This document shows, in pieces, positions 51,201-64,000 of a DNA stretch of 64,000 nucleotides. The translations under genes were made by a program, and so were the position numbers. The stretch spans positions 105,524,001-105,588,000 of the forward strand of contig OX597818.1 of the NCBI GenBank assembly GCA_951406725.2. Reading direction: 5' to 3'. The notes beneath the pieces were generated by a model. It had not been told where the DNA came from, searched no databases, and saw only the letters and a list, made by a program, of their open reading frames with translations. This stretch comes from Octopus vulgaris (Eukaryota). Each line of letters opens with the position of its first letter. The first letter of the stretch is position 1.

Positions 51201-54200
51201 TGATGCTTAACTGCATGAAAATGGATAAAATTGAGTACTTAGTTTGTGCTAACTACAACACCTGATACCATGGTTTGCATGGCTATATGGTTAACAATAG
51301 ACATGAGGTTTGATTCTTTAGGTGATATTACAACATATTTCTGTTTTCTGTATTGTGTATGTGAGCATGTGTATGACTGTATGATAAAATTATACTGGAT
51401 TTTGGCACATCATCAATTATATTTCTGTTCAATGATAAGTGTTCTACACATATTTTAATCTCAACAAAGTCGTTTATTGAAAATATGTTTAAAATATGTG
51501 TTGTAACTGGTTTAAATAATTTATTTTTAAGAAAAATCACAACCTTTCTATACACTAGTGTCCTTCTCCATAGTAGTTCTATGATATTTGTTGTTTCCTT
51601 ATGAGCACACAACTCATCCCTGCCAAACAATATTTTCACCCAAGTTAAGAACTGCAGTAGACCTCTGATCAAAGTTGTTCTAGCTATGAATATCCAAGAT
51701 TTTTATATATTATTCAATATATTATTAAGATGGTAGAAAGTGACATGAGAGAAATTTGGCAGCTATTTCTAGCATTTTAGCAATTACATAGAAGTATCTT
51801 TGTTGGTTTATGTGAGTGATGTGTGCTCTGATGAACTTTTTTTTCTTTTTTGTTTTGACATTTTTCTTTTACTGTGTGTAATTTGTTGGCTAAGTGTTAC
51901 CATACTTTATAGTAGTGAACCAGATATAATATTTTAATTGTAAGATATTTTTGCTTTGATAATAGTGATTAGAAACAACTGATATATAATTAAAATAACA
52001 ATTTAAATCATTGTTTCTTGTAGGGACAAGGATGCTGAAATGATTGAAAAATTGGAGAGGGGGATAAATGACCATGTGTAATAAATGTCAAAGTGATTTT
52101 AAAACTTCTTTTAATTTGTCCAACACCATGATGAAAAAAGAAGAGTTATGTACCTGCAAAGTCTTTTTTTTTTTTTTTTTGTGGTGGGAAGCTAGTACTT
52201 CTTAGTTTGAAAACCACAGATTTAAATGATTTTCTCTTATTCGTGATGGTGATGGTGGTACAGTGGCAGCAGTGATGAAAGTGATGATGATGATGATGTC
52301 ATGGATATTAATTGGTTTTGGTTCCATTTTCCATTTGTTTTGACAAGTCCTGGAGAATTGTTACTATTTTGTCATCAGATGTCATTATTTTTAGTATATG
52401 GTATGTTATAGTTTGTAAATATTGGTATAACACTTAATGGATGTAACTACCAAGATGGGACAGGTGGGTTGGGAATTATTGGTGTTGATGTTATTGCCAG
52501 ATCTGATCAAACAGACCTACAATTAATGTCATTCCAGTTGTGGCCATCCTTCAACTGCTGTTTGTTTTCATACATGGTATATATATAGAACAGCAAGTCT
52601 TAGCCCGGGGAAAAACCCCAATTCCTTTCTTTTGGGAAAATTCAGGAAGGAAAATTATTTTTAAGGCCCAAAACTTCCTTTACATTATTCACACTACTTT
52701 TTTTTGACCAGATATGATTTTCATTAATGTTGATTTTTAAGGATATTAATGTTAAATTGTGCTATTTACAAGACTACTCTTTTCCCTATTATATGTGGAG
52801 AGAGGTCAAGATAAACTGGTAAAGTTGGGGGATGGAATGCATTTATTTATTTATTTGTTTATAATGATTAAGTATAATTTGAAGGAGATTTGTATGTTGT
52901 CTCTAGCAGATTAAGGGACAATATAGAGGCTGCCAATGTGAACATTATTTCTTTATAAGGACTTGATACAAAAAAATTAAATTAGTCTATTAACCCCACT
53001 CTCATTGGGTACATACACCCTAAGTGATAATATTTTTCTTTGTATTTTCCTCTCAATTAATGGGCAAGGCTCAACCATGACAGTTGAATTTTGTCTCCTA
53101 TTATAATTCCAATCTTGTTTTAAGAAGCTTTATAGTAATATAAATCTGCCTCAGTCTTGACTAGTACTTTATTTTATTGACCTTGGAAGGATGAAAGGTA
53201 AAGTTAACTTCAAAAGTATTTGAACTCAGAATGTAAAAGTCTGGAACTAAATACTATAGGGTAATTTTTGTTTTAAAAAGTAGCATTTTATGACTTGGTC
53301 AGAGGAGGAAGGGCACTATGGTTGTTTTCATAGTTTTGTGTTGATTAGAAGAAGGGAGTAGGTTATCCACGCTGCAGATCTGTCTGAAATACATGCAACA
53401 GAATGAACTATACTAAAAGTACACAAGGGTGTACACAATGGCGGTGCATCAGTATGGCCGCAGCTCTAAGCTGAAACAAGCAAAAAAAAAAAAAAGGGTC
53501 ATGTGGCAGTGCTGAACAAAGTGACAAATTAAGTCTACCACAAGAATAGGAACAGTTGTTATTCTGATGGATTTCTGCTTCATTTTCATCTACCAGATTC
53601 CACTCACAAAGTATCAACCAACTCAAGACTGTAGTAGAAGACACTTGCCCAAGGTACTGCACCATTGACTAAAATTTAGATCATGTAGTTGTAAAGCTAA
53701 CTTGTTAACTCCAAAGCCATACCTGCATTCACATGCTCCAATGCTCTATTAATTCTGCAAAGAAACCCACTATTGCACTCTATGCAGTAAATGTTTGGTT
53801 TGTTGTTATTCTTTAACTTTTTTCAGCCTTATCTATTTATATTTCTTCAAAATTTTACTTTGCAATTTCCAAGATAATATAACATCATTGTTTATAGATT
53901 TCCCATCAAACAATCACTTGGTCACTGATTTTAGGATAGCTAGAGGGATAAGGGTGTGTTTAAACCAACATAAGAAACTTGGTTTATTAAGTACTATTTT
54001 ATGTAAGCTTCTCACTATGTTGAATTTTGTACATTGTACTGACCACCTTTCCTTTGAGTTCTTGTAGCTGTTAAAGAAATTATTAGTATTACTATGAGGT
54101 CAACTTTGCCCTTCATCCTTTTGGAGTCAATAAAATAAGTACCAGTTGAGCATTAGGGTTGATGTATTCAACTATCTTCTCTCAAAATTTCAGGCCTTGT

Positions 54201-54979
54201 ACTTATAGTAGAAAGGATTGTTATTATTATTGAGTGAGAGAGGAGTGCATGCCATCAAAGTGACACTGTGGTACAAATATATGAAGCTCAATATACCCAT
54301 CATGATTACCCATCTGATAAGGGTACACCAGACACATATGTTACACTATATGTGTGCAACATGGTGATCTCATATCAAAATAAATAGTGCATGATCTTGT
54401 AGGTGGGGCTAATTAGAATTTTTTTTCTTTGGGTCAAATAGGCCTTCCTGCTCAAATGGTCCTTGAATAAGGGTTGTTTAAGGATGTTGAATGAAACACT
54501 TGTTTCCAGAGGTGAATTATTATTAAAACCCCAAAGAATTCCTCTCAACACATGGCTGTGATGCTTCCCCACTATTTCTGCTCAAGTTCAGAGATGCACA
54601 TATTGTCAGTCACTAAGGGACATGCACAGCTGATTATGGTCAAGCAACTGATAAGCAAATCTGTGATATTGAGCAAGATATTTGTTGTAGCCCATCTTTT
54701 ACACCTAGACAAAACTCCATTTTTTTTTTCATTTTTCAATTTTAAAATTTGCAAAATGTCCTTGGAGAAGAGTGTCAGCTCTTCCTTTCTTTTTGACCTC
54801 CCTCCTCTGCTGTTGGAAAACAGCCAAAAATGTTTAAAAATTAATTGTCTCTGCCCTCTCCGTGCCTTAAAAAGCAGAGAGAGGGACGACCAAAGTCTTG
54901 CTAGCACATACAACAATGAGCAACTGAAGGGAAAAGAAGAAGAGGAAAAGAGCAAGGTAATTCAGTTAATGGACACTGC

Positions 54980-56170
54980 TAGCGTCGCAACACCTGTGAA
55001 TCCAAGCCCTCCCATTACCACCCCTACACTAACATATTGAACACTCAACAACAACCCAATGCATTAAACAGCCGAGGTTTTGTTTTAATGGCAAAGCCAA
55101 GAAACGAATTCATTAATGTTTCTGTAGAATCTCTCAAAGACTACAGAAACATGTTAAAAAGAAAAAGTGAAAGATGTTTTGATAAACACACGTCCAGATA
55201 TTATAAACAATACAAACAAATTACCATAGTGTACAAAACTATATCTTAAAAAAATAAGACGTTTAGAAACTGCCACAAAGCAAGCAGTTGAAATATGCTT
55301 GCTACCCATTTGGAACGACATAACATATCTGTCAAGGGGTAAGAAATATAGCACAATTGAAGTCAGATTTGCTACAGAAGACATAGCAAAACAGCACTCA
55401 ACACCCCAGCTGAGAAACAGTGAACTTGTCCTCGTTCCAACATACTTGGGTTGGCACGTTGCCAAGATGAAAATACTGGAGATACTACCAAAAATGAACA
55501 TTTGTTGGATTGTTGCAGTTGTCCTCCTCAACTTGGAAGATAAAATCAGAACCATCCAAGTCAAGAAACAAGGAAAAAACAACTGGACTGGTCGGGAATT
55601 GCAAATAATGGTCCAAATAAACCAAGACATTTTGGAACAAATTCTTGACCAACTCGGCCTTCCAGATGGCTCTATGCTGAACGTCATAATTGAGGGCAGC
55701 AGGTCAAGATGTTATCAATGCAGACAGAATAACCACCTGAAAGCCTTCTGCCCACAACTAAAACAGAAGGAGGGCACTACCCCCTTGATACAAGCACCAC
55801 CCATACCATAACACCTAAAGCAACCCCAACAACAAAAGCAACTTCAACAAGAGAAACCCCATGAAAAGAAAGCAGAGGGCTCCAGCAAACACACCACTAC
55901 CACCACCAACTACACGAGAGACAACAACAGAGGCACTGACCACAACCACCACCACAGTGCCTACAAAAATACCATAAATGCAGCTCTTGCCAGCAAATTT
56001 CAACTCACTGGAACTACCACTTCCTGACTCTGACCACTCAGACATGTCATGCAGAGAGGCTGACAGAATTGAGTGGACAGAAGTCACACATAAAAGACTA
56101 AGAAAAAGGCACAACAGTACACCAACAAATAAACAAGCTGTACTCCCAAAAGAAGCTTTCAAAATCACCT
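54980..56170 (+). mobile_element. Disrupted LINE ORF1 / gag-like sequence with CCHC zinc knuckle
   Basis: CYQCRQNNHLKAFC (CX2CX4HX4C) in ORF 55299-55811, followed by a Pro/Thr-rich tail and WTEVTHKRLRKR; several stops and frameshifts; no ORF2 visible downstream. Confidence 0.7.
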
Positions 56171-56759
56171 GAACACACCAACACCACCACATCGCAGATA
56201 CAGCCAACAGTACAAGGTGTAACACGGTCAACACAAAAAGTAAATGAAAATAACAAAAACACTGCAAAACTCACTGCTATAAACACAGACAACACAAACT
56301 TACTATTATACATAAAAAAAAATACAGACATCAAAATGACTGACTTTGTTTCCCCCACAGATAATACACTGCCACCACACACAGATACTTCAAACATCTC
56401 AACATGCGTACAGCAACATAAAATCCAAATTTCCACAGGCGGTTTGAGGTTTCAACACAAAAGTGTCCTGGAGCCTCTATAAATCCTTGGTCATGTAGAC
56501 CACCACACCCCACTTAAGGAGCACAACATCTGCCCTTCTCTTACCTCTGTGTGCTAACAGTTAGTATTCCTCTCCTTACCAGCCACTTAAATGGTCATAA
56601 TCAAAATAAGTTGCATAAATGTACATGGCCTGGGGTCCCCTTGGAAACAAGGTTACCTGCTCATGGGTTGGACAGTTTGACCGAGGCTGGTTAGTTGAGG
56701 GGGCTCCTCCAGACTCCAATCTGACTTGGTATGCTTCCGTAGCTGGATGCACCTTTAAT

Positions 56760-57735
56760 GTTTTAAATTTTGGCACAAGGTCAGTAATTTTAAAGGTGAG
56801 GGGAAAGTCAATTATATTAACACCAAAAGGATGAAATGCAAAGCTGACCTCAGCAGGATTTGAGCTCAGAATGTAAAGAACCAAACAAATGCTGCTAAGC
56901 ATTTGCTCAACATGTGAATAATTCTGGTCAGTATTTGGCACAAGGTCAGTAAGTACAGGGAAGAGGTTAAGTTGATTACATTGACTCCAGTGCTCAACAG
57001 GTTCTTATTTTATTGATCCAAAAAAAGATAAAAGGTGATCTCAGAAGAATTTGAATGCAGAACATGAAGATGGATAAAATGTCACAATGCATTTTGCCTG
57101 GCATTCTAACAATTCTGCTAGCTCACATCCTTAATAATAATAATAATAATAATAATAATTTTGGTACTGGGCAGTAAGGATAGATGAAATACTGCTAAGG
57201 AGCATAAAGATGGACAAAACACCACTAAGAAATGTAAAGACGGATGAAATACTGCTAAGCATTTTGGCAGATCACTGCCTTAAGTATTGATTTCAAATTT
57301 GGCACAAGGCCAGCAGTTTTGACGGGAGGAGGCAAATCAATTACATTGCCCCCAGTATTCAACTGGTACTTATTTCATCACCCTCTGAAAGAATGAAAAG
57401 CAAAGTTGACCTTGGAAGAATTTGAACTCAGAATGTAAAGACAGATGAAATGCTGCTAAGCATTATGTCCAGGGTGCTAATGATTCCGCCAGCTTGCTGC
57501 CTTAATAATAGTAATAATAATTCTTTCTACTATAGGCACAGGACCTGAAATTTGGTGGCAAGAGACTAGATGATTGGATTGATCCCAATACTTAATTGGT
57601 ACTTATTTTATCAACCCCAAAAAGGGAAGGAATGGCAAAGTCAACCTAGGTGGATTTGAACTCAGAATGTGAAGACAGATGAAATACCATTAAGCATTTT
57701 ATCCAGTATGCTAATGATTCTGCCAGCTTGCCACA
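56760..57735 (-). mobile_element. Tandem cluster of 4-5 family-B SINE copies
   Basis: Repeated ggcacaagg...tttgaactcagaatgtaaag...gctaagcatt...ccagc units in one orientation, separated by (TAA)n or short spacers. Confidence 0.8.
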
Positions 57736-57777
57736 TTGTTGTTGTGGTTGATGTTGATGATGATGATCAGCAGTTCC

Positions 57778-58042
57778 CAAAGATAGTGCTCATGGGAACT
57801 GCTCATATCCTACGCAAAATACTTTCTATGTAATCTCAAGTTTTAAAACAAACATAATTTTCCTATGGTTTCTTAAACATTCACTAGTACAACATTAAGT
57901 ACAAAACCAAATATATGGCACCCTAGGCATAAAACCAACATGAATTTCCAACTTGTTGTCTCTAGAGGTCTCTGGGTGAGACTTGGAGCCAACTTGTACA
58001 AATGTAAAGCAAAAGTCAAACATAGAATAATAATAATAATAA
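57778..58042 (+). mobile_element. 3' end of an RLE-type LINE (R4/Dong-like) with (TAA)n tail
   Basis: KIVLMGTAHILRKILSM* then a 3'UTR ending in aataataataataat. Confidence 0.7.
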
Positions 58043-58134
58043 TACAAAAAGAAACCCTGTGCCACCTCTGACAGCAGGCTGCTGTCTGCTCTCACAGAAT
58101 GGACCTGCATTCTGAGAAGTAAAACAACAATAAT

Positions 58135-58403
58135 AATGGTGGTGAAGCTAGTGCTAATTATTGTTGAGTCCTTGGGGACAGTATCAGAAGGCATCAAAAA
58201 AAAATTCAAAGGAAATCAGAATAGAGTGCCCAGTAGAACCATTACAAAAAGTTTTCATCCTTGGCATGGCCAGAATAATCAGGAAAGTATTAGATAGTTA
58301 AAAAGGACAAATAGCATGGTATCATAGGCTGCAGGCAGCAAGCCTACTTATGCAAGACTCCAGTTCCAACAAAACCTGAGATAAAAAAAAATAATAATAA
58401 TAA
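58135..58403 (+). mobile_element. Second RLE-type LINE 3' end (different subfamily)
   Basis: VKLVLIIVESLGTVSEG...LQKVFILGMARIIRKVLDS* then a short UTR and ataataataa tail. Confidence 0.7.
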
Positions 58404-59049
58404 CATGTTTTTAATTTAGAGATAACATTGGCAATTTTGAGTGAAAGGGATTAGTTGAACCATCAACTCCAATATTTGGCTGGTATATAATTTTATTGAT
58501 CCTGGAAAGATGAAAGGCAAAGTTGACCTTAGCAGGATTTGAATTCAGAACGGGAAAAAGGTTGGAACAAATATGGCAAGTAGCCTTATAGTGCAATTGA
58601 ACCAGAGATCACATGGTAACAAAATAAACTCTGTACCTACATGGTCATACCTTCTCCTGTAATGTACAATGAATGCAAAAAAAAAAAAAAAATGAGAAGT
58701 TGGTCATAACTGATTGTATAGCTTTTCTTTCGGAGATCACCTAGGGTTAATCAACAACAACAACAGCCTCACTTGCTTAAGTTCACTACTTAAAACGTTT
58801 TGGTAATGTCACAAAGTGCATTAAATACTTGTGGTTACTATAATGTAAATCTATAATCAGAATATGGATTCTGTGAGTTCTTGGGCAAATGTCCATAAAT
58901 ATTCTCTATTTTTCACTGACTCTTGTCTTAGATGTTCACATCTGGTTGGCAGCTGACTTCTTGTCTAACAGTGCATGTTTTATGTTTTGAAGTAATTTGT
59001 CAGGCCTGGTAGTGTGTTCTTGCATTTAGTTGAAGTGATTGGAATGTTG

Positions 59050-59510
59050 CACTTGTATGTATGTGTGGTGTGTGTATGTGTATTCATGTGTGTGTTGTTG
59101 AAATGTGTTACTGGATTACATTATACTGTACTACTAGTACTCTAGACAGTTTTATACATATTTGTATGTAAGCGTGTGTTTATGTGTATGCATGTCGATC
59201 TGTGTGTATGTGTATCTGAGCATGTGCATTTGTGTGCATATATGTATGTATCTATGTATACAAGAGTTGTTTACACGTATGTGTGTATGCAGGTATATAT
59301 GTCTGTGCTTGTATGTACATGCTTGCATTTATGTGTATGTGTGTTCATATATGTATGAATCTATAAGTGTATATGTTTTCATGAATGTATGTGCCCTCAT
59401 GTCTGTATGCATTTATATATATATATATATATGTATGTTTGTGTGTATGGATGTATATGTTTGTCTGTGTTGTGTACATGTGTACATACATGCATATATG
59501 TGTATATAGC
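59050..59510. repeat. Degenerate (TG/TA) low-complexity tract
   Basis: Alternating tgtg/tatg; similar tracts and pure (TA)n runs at about 19955-20010, 28610-28650, 39665-39760, 48265-48500. Confidence 0.9.
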
Positions 59511-59635
59511 TAAATTTTCCAATCCTTTTACTCTTTGTCTAAAGTATAAGAATGTCATAGAAACTGAACTACTGACATATTTAATACAAAGAACATTTAA
59601 AAAGAACCAATATTATTTTCATCATTTCAAGATAG

Positions 59636-59900
59636 GTGCAGGCATGGCCCTGTGGTTAAGAAGCTTGCTTTGTAACCATGTGGTTCTGGGTTCAGTCCCA
59701 CTGTGCAGTATCTTGGCCAAGTATCTTCTGCTATAACACCAGGTTTACCACCACTTTGTAAATGAATTTGGTAGATGGAAACTGAAAAAATCCCTTAGTG
59801 TAGATGTGTGTTTGTGTCCCCCCCCCCCACTTGACTACTGATGTTGACATATTTACAACTCCATAACCTTGTGGCTCATCAAAAGTGACTGATAGAATAT
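59636..59900 (+). mobile_element. tRNA-derived SINE, family A (diverged)
   Basis: ggtgcaggcatggccctgtggttaagaagcttgc...gggttcagtcccactg head and core. Confidence 0.75.
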
Positions 59901-60289
59901 GTTCAACCGAGATGGGAGGGGAGTAGTGTTGCAGAGTGTGACTTTGTGCCAGATGAGAGGTTAGAGTATGAGTAGAGGAACAGAAATAGGTGTCTTGCAG
60001 TAAAGGAGATACAGAGATACTTCAGTAGGAGAGAGAGAAAGGATAGGGAAGATGGTGAAGATGTGATGGAAGGAGGGGTACACTCAAATTACAGACTGGT
60101 GTAACTTGATTAAAATCATCTGCTTTCCTTGTTTTACATTTACTTTTTTTTGTTTTGTTTTACAGTTACTTCCCAAAGGAGTGTATGTAAAATGCCATTT
60201 GGTTAAAGGGTTGAGAATCTTTACTAGGAAGTATCATATAGTCATACTAATGCATGTACACACACATACACACACACAAGCATCTAAAG

Positions 60290-60496
60290 CAGGGGTGGGC
60301 AAACTACGGCCCGCCATAGGTTTTCATGCGGCCCGTCGAGAGGAATATTTCACAAAATTTCCTTTCAATCAATTGTGTGTTTATAGGTCTATAACCGCCT
60401 TTAAAAATATTTTCACTTGATTTTTATAAATGAGGCCCGCCAAGGTTCCAAAGACGCACTGTGCGGCCCGCGATCAAAAAAGTTCACCCACCCCTG
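60290..60496. mobile_element. hAT (Charlie-like) MITE
   Basis: caggggtgggcaaact ... agttcacccacccctg TIRs, internal gcggcccg motifs, perfect 8-bp target duplication ATCTAAAG (60282-60289 and 60497-60504). Confidence 0.93.
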
Positions 60497-61615
60497 ATCT
60501 AAAGATATAGCGTCTCTTCTAGATTGATTAAAGTTTATGGACACTAACATCAATGTTTATGCATTGATATGCCAACTTAAGGAAATAGATATACATAAAA
60601 ATACACATCTATGCATAACTGTTATATAAACATTTTATAATATACTCACACATACATAGAATCATAGCCACATTTGCACACATACTTCTGTCATATACAC
60701 ACAATTATAATCACATAAACTTACATTTATATTCAGTCACAAATGAAAGCATGTATACACATGTAGATAAAAAATCAACATAAGCACCCATAAATAATTC
60801 ATGTTGAAACATGTGCACATATTCCCCTTGCATCGCAATACACATACCCAAACTTACCCACATGCATATAGAGATGCATGTTTATCAAGCCACTTAAAAC
60901 TATCCTCTAAAAAGACAAAACTATATAAACATCTCTGTCTTCATATTCTACATTAAAAAAACAGAAATCTTGTTTTACACAATAATACTTATTAGTAAAA
61001 ATGCAACCAACAGTCACATGTGAATGGATGTAGCTTAGTAACAAGTACCATATTTTTGTTAAATGCTTTAGATGTCTCTGTAATTTTGAGCTGGTACTGA
61101 TGCTCTCTTGATCAACTTCACACCAGTGGCTTATCCTTTATGTGACACCTGGAGAAAGATAGAGCTGTAGCAACTCATTATTGCTGATTAGACTGGAACA
61201 ACATGAAATGCAGTGCCTTATTTGAGGGCACAATGTGCTGCCCAGTTTAAGAATTGAATTCATGACATTATGATCATGAGCCAAACACTCTTAGATACCA
61301 GGTCATGTGCCTTCACACATTGTACTTAACTGCAGTATTAAATGAAGGCATGGAATGAATTGGTAGTTATTATTGCCAAGAGGAACTGAAATGATTCATT
61401 AAATGCATTAAAAAAAAGTAATTTTTAAACACACAGATGCACACACACATGTAGAAAAAGATCATTCAAAGGCCCATAGACAATTAAACATAAAAGATAT
61501 TCATGTTGAGACATGTACACACACACACTCACACAGTGTGTGTACTGTTCTTTTATTGGTGGAGTCAACAAAAAGTGTACTCCATCCAGTGAGAGATATG
61601 CGTTATTTAATATGA

Positions 61616-61876
61616 GGCTGGCAAACGGCCATGATTGTAAAAGCATCAACCGATCGTGGCCGTTTACCAGCCTCCTCTAGCCCCTGTGCTGGTGGCACGT
61701 AAAACGCACCCACTACACTCATGGAATGGTTGGTGTTAGGAAAGGTATCCAGCTGTAGAAGCACTGCTAGATCAGACTGGAGCCTGGTGCAGCCTCCTGG
61801 CTTCCAAGACCCCGGTCGAACCGTCCAACCTATGCTAGCATGGAAAATGGATGTTAAACGATGATGATGATGATGA
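61616..61876 (+). mobile_element. Short element sharing the RTE LINE 3' end
   Basis: Same motifs and (GAT)n tail. Confidence 0.85.
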
Positions 61877-62069
61877 TAGGATTTAAGTGCAAGCTATAAT
61901 AAGTTTAGTGCCTCTGATAATACAATAGCTGAATGAGCTTGGAAAGCAAGATATGTACTTATCTGTATTTTTTACCTTTTTGAGCTTGAATGATTGCCTG
62001 ATAGTACACCATGCTATACAAGCTTGTCTGATAAGTGAATTATCAGAGGCATGACACTTAGTCTTGTGT

Positions 62070-62169
62070 ATATCAAATTATATATAAGTGTGTGTGTGTG
62101 TGTGTATTTACTTACCTCCATATCAAATTATATATAAGTGTGTGTGTGTGTGTGTATTTACTTACCTCC
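62070..62169. repeat. Exact 50-bp tandem duplication containing (TG)n
   Basis: atatcaaattatatataag(tg)n tatttacttacctcc x2. Confidence 0.95.
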
Positions 62170-64000
62170 TAACACTTGCATACCAAAGCTTACATATAAA
62201 GGTATATGTTTTGTCCAGTGAGCAGAAATCTTTTCTTCAAATGACAAATATTTTCATATTTCCTCATAAAAATCTTGTTTTATGCCACAATGTTTAACTG
62301 CAATGTGAAGTGAATAGCTAGAATGAATTGATAGTTTTTACAAGGAATGCATGCCAAGTTAAATCCAGAGGCCAAATCTTCAGTTGTGTTTTAGTATTAA
62401 TAATATATGCATTAAAGTGTAGAGATAGTTGTGTAGTTAAGAAATTCACTTCCTAATCATGTGGTTTTTGGGTTCAATATCACTAAACTGCATCTTCAGT
62501 AAATGTTTTTTACTTATAACCCTGGGCCAACCAAAGCCTTGTGAGTGATTTTGGGAAATGCCATTAGCAAAAGGCCAATTGTGTGTGTGTGTGCATACAT
62601 AATTTCAAGGTATAAATACTGGAGGTTAGTTTAATGAACCATACCCCATGCCTATCATTCACATTTGAAAAATACCCTAGCTGTTATTTTATCATTTAAA
62701 ACCCCTCCACACATTGAAAGTTTTATGTTACCCTTTAACTCCAGGTCAGGTCAGATCGAGCAGACCTGTGATTAAATTATCAAAGGTATTCCAGCCTATT
62801 TTTTTGTATACTCATAATTTTTTTAAGGTGGTAGAGTAGGATTTGAGGAGATTTGGCTGCTGTTTCTAGTAGGTCTAGAGACCATGTAAAAATCTGTAAC
62901 TATCTGCCAATAAACTCCTTAAGAATCCACATAAAAAGACAAAGAAAACAAAAAATGTTTTAAGCCTTAAAACTAAAACAGCAATTAGTGTTACTTATGA
63001 ATTTATAAAATTAAAATTTCATTATTTTTCTCACTACACACGTGGTTACACAGGTTCTTATGTACTTATAATTCACCCCAGGTCCCCCCACCAATGTTAG
63101 GGGGAAAGATTTGTGAAAATATTGTCTATGTTGAAGGAGTGGTTAAAAAAGCACACTGGGAGTAGAAGTCTGTGTACCCATCTAAAATACTGAGATTGAC
63201 ACAGAAATAAAGAATTGCATGATGGAAATAAAACTGAGAGACTCTGTGGTGTTTACATATCATCCAGGGGTTAAATTCAACCCCATGAGGTAAAGAATTT
63301 ATACAGTTGTGGAATAGATATATCATATGTAATCATATGTTGTTAATGCACTCTTCAAAGTTTGTTAAAATATATTTAAAACATCACATATCTTTTTATT
63401 AAGTGGTGTCATGCATATATTATGTAACATAAAGTAATGACAGAGTAGAGCTTAAGAGTGTGTGCTGAATTGTGTGAAGCTTGTTATATATACACTATTA
63501 TTTAGAGTATATTTTATCATGGAAGTAAGGGGATAAATGGTGAAATACATCAAGCTGAGTGGGTAAATGACAGACAGAGGAAAGGTTGAGAGTCACTGAT
63601 TTAGGCTATATCTGTGGATAGTGATGATGTTGGTGGTAGTGGCAGGATGGTGCTGATGAGTGATAATGATGATGATAGAGATGGTGATGGTGTGATAGTG
63701 GTGGTAGCAGTGATGGTGGTTTTGATGTGATGTGAATGGTAACAGTGCTTACAGAAGTAGTGACTGTTGTGATCAGGAATTGTAAATAATTGATTGGAAA
63801 CTTTCCAATCAATTAATTTTAATTGGGATACAGGCCAATCAATTATTGCAATTAATTGTCAATTATTTTGCTGGACGTAAAAACACCATGTATTTTGGAG
63901 TGTTAGCTTCGATTTAGAAAAGTGCGAAAATGATAGGAAAATAAAAGGCACATGTTATAGTTTCGAAAAACTTTATCAGAAAATGTTTTAAGTTAATTTT

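Noticed and set aside
51255-51315. Hammerhead in the terminal region of the decayed PLE
   Set aside because: Only cctgata and atagacatgag remnants are present; both core halves are broken.
56760-57735. CRISPR-like or other regularly spaced array
   Set aside because: Units are diverged ~200-bp SINE copies in a eukaryotic context; there are no identical short repeats with unique spacers and no cas genes.
62105-62169. Duplicated minus-strand donor sites (ggaggtaagt)
   Set aside because: They lie in a microsatellite-containing tandem duplication with no acceptor or reading frame support.
300-63812. Most short ORFs in the supplied track (YIYIYI, CVCVCV, HTHTHT peptides and SINE translations)
   Set aside because: They arise from microsatellites, SINEs or antisense frames of transposon ORFs and show no protein-family signature.
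63606-63812. His/Thr-rich ORF
   Set aside because: Translation of a degenerate (GAT/GGT)n tract.

Overview
AT-rich, repeat-dense animal genomic DNA, most likely a coleoid cephalopod (octopus-like), inferred from the SINE/LINE repertoire and microsatellite content rather than from a database match. The only host protein-coding gene I can support is a Rho GDP-dissociation inhibitor (RhoGDI) on the minus strand. It has three coding exons (11464-11266, 4933-4850, 1925-1785, all phase-1 junctions); its last exon lies left of the window, and candidate non-coding 5' exons and a promoter lie near 32.7-33.8 kb. The rest is mostly transposon-derived: decayed Penelope-like elements (PLEs), RTE, CR1/L2-type and R4/Dong-type LINE fragments, a gag-knuckle ORF1, a fold-back mariner, hAT, piggyBac-type and Tc1-type MITEs, two tRNA-SINE families and microsatellites. 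The most interesting signal is a set of minimal type-I hammerhead ribozyme motifs in PLE-related non-coding elements. Two carry very long stem-II insertions (8.8 kb, 37.5 kb), one is a truncated half (20.2 kb), and two sit in a ~460-bp head-to-head palindrome of tRNA-like head plus hammerhead next to a PLE RT/GIY-YIG remnant (3.3-3.8 kb). The RhoGDI introns also hold several long inverted repeats that could form dsRNA. All calls were made by eye; nothing was searched or folded computationally.
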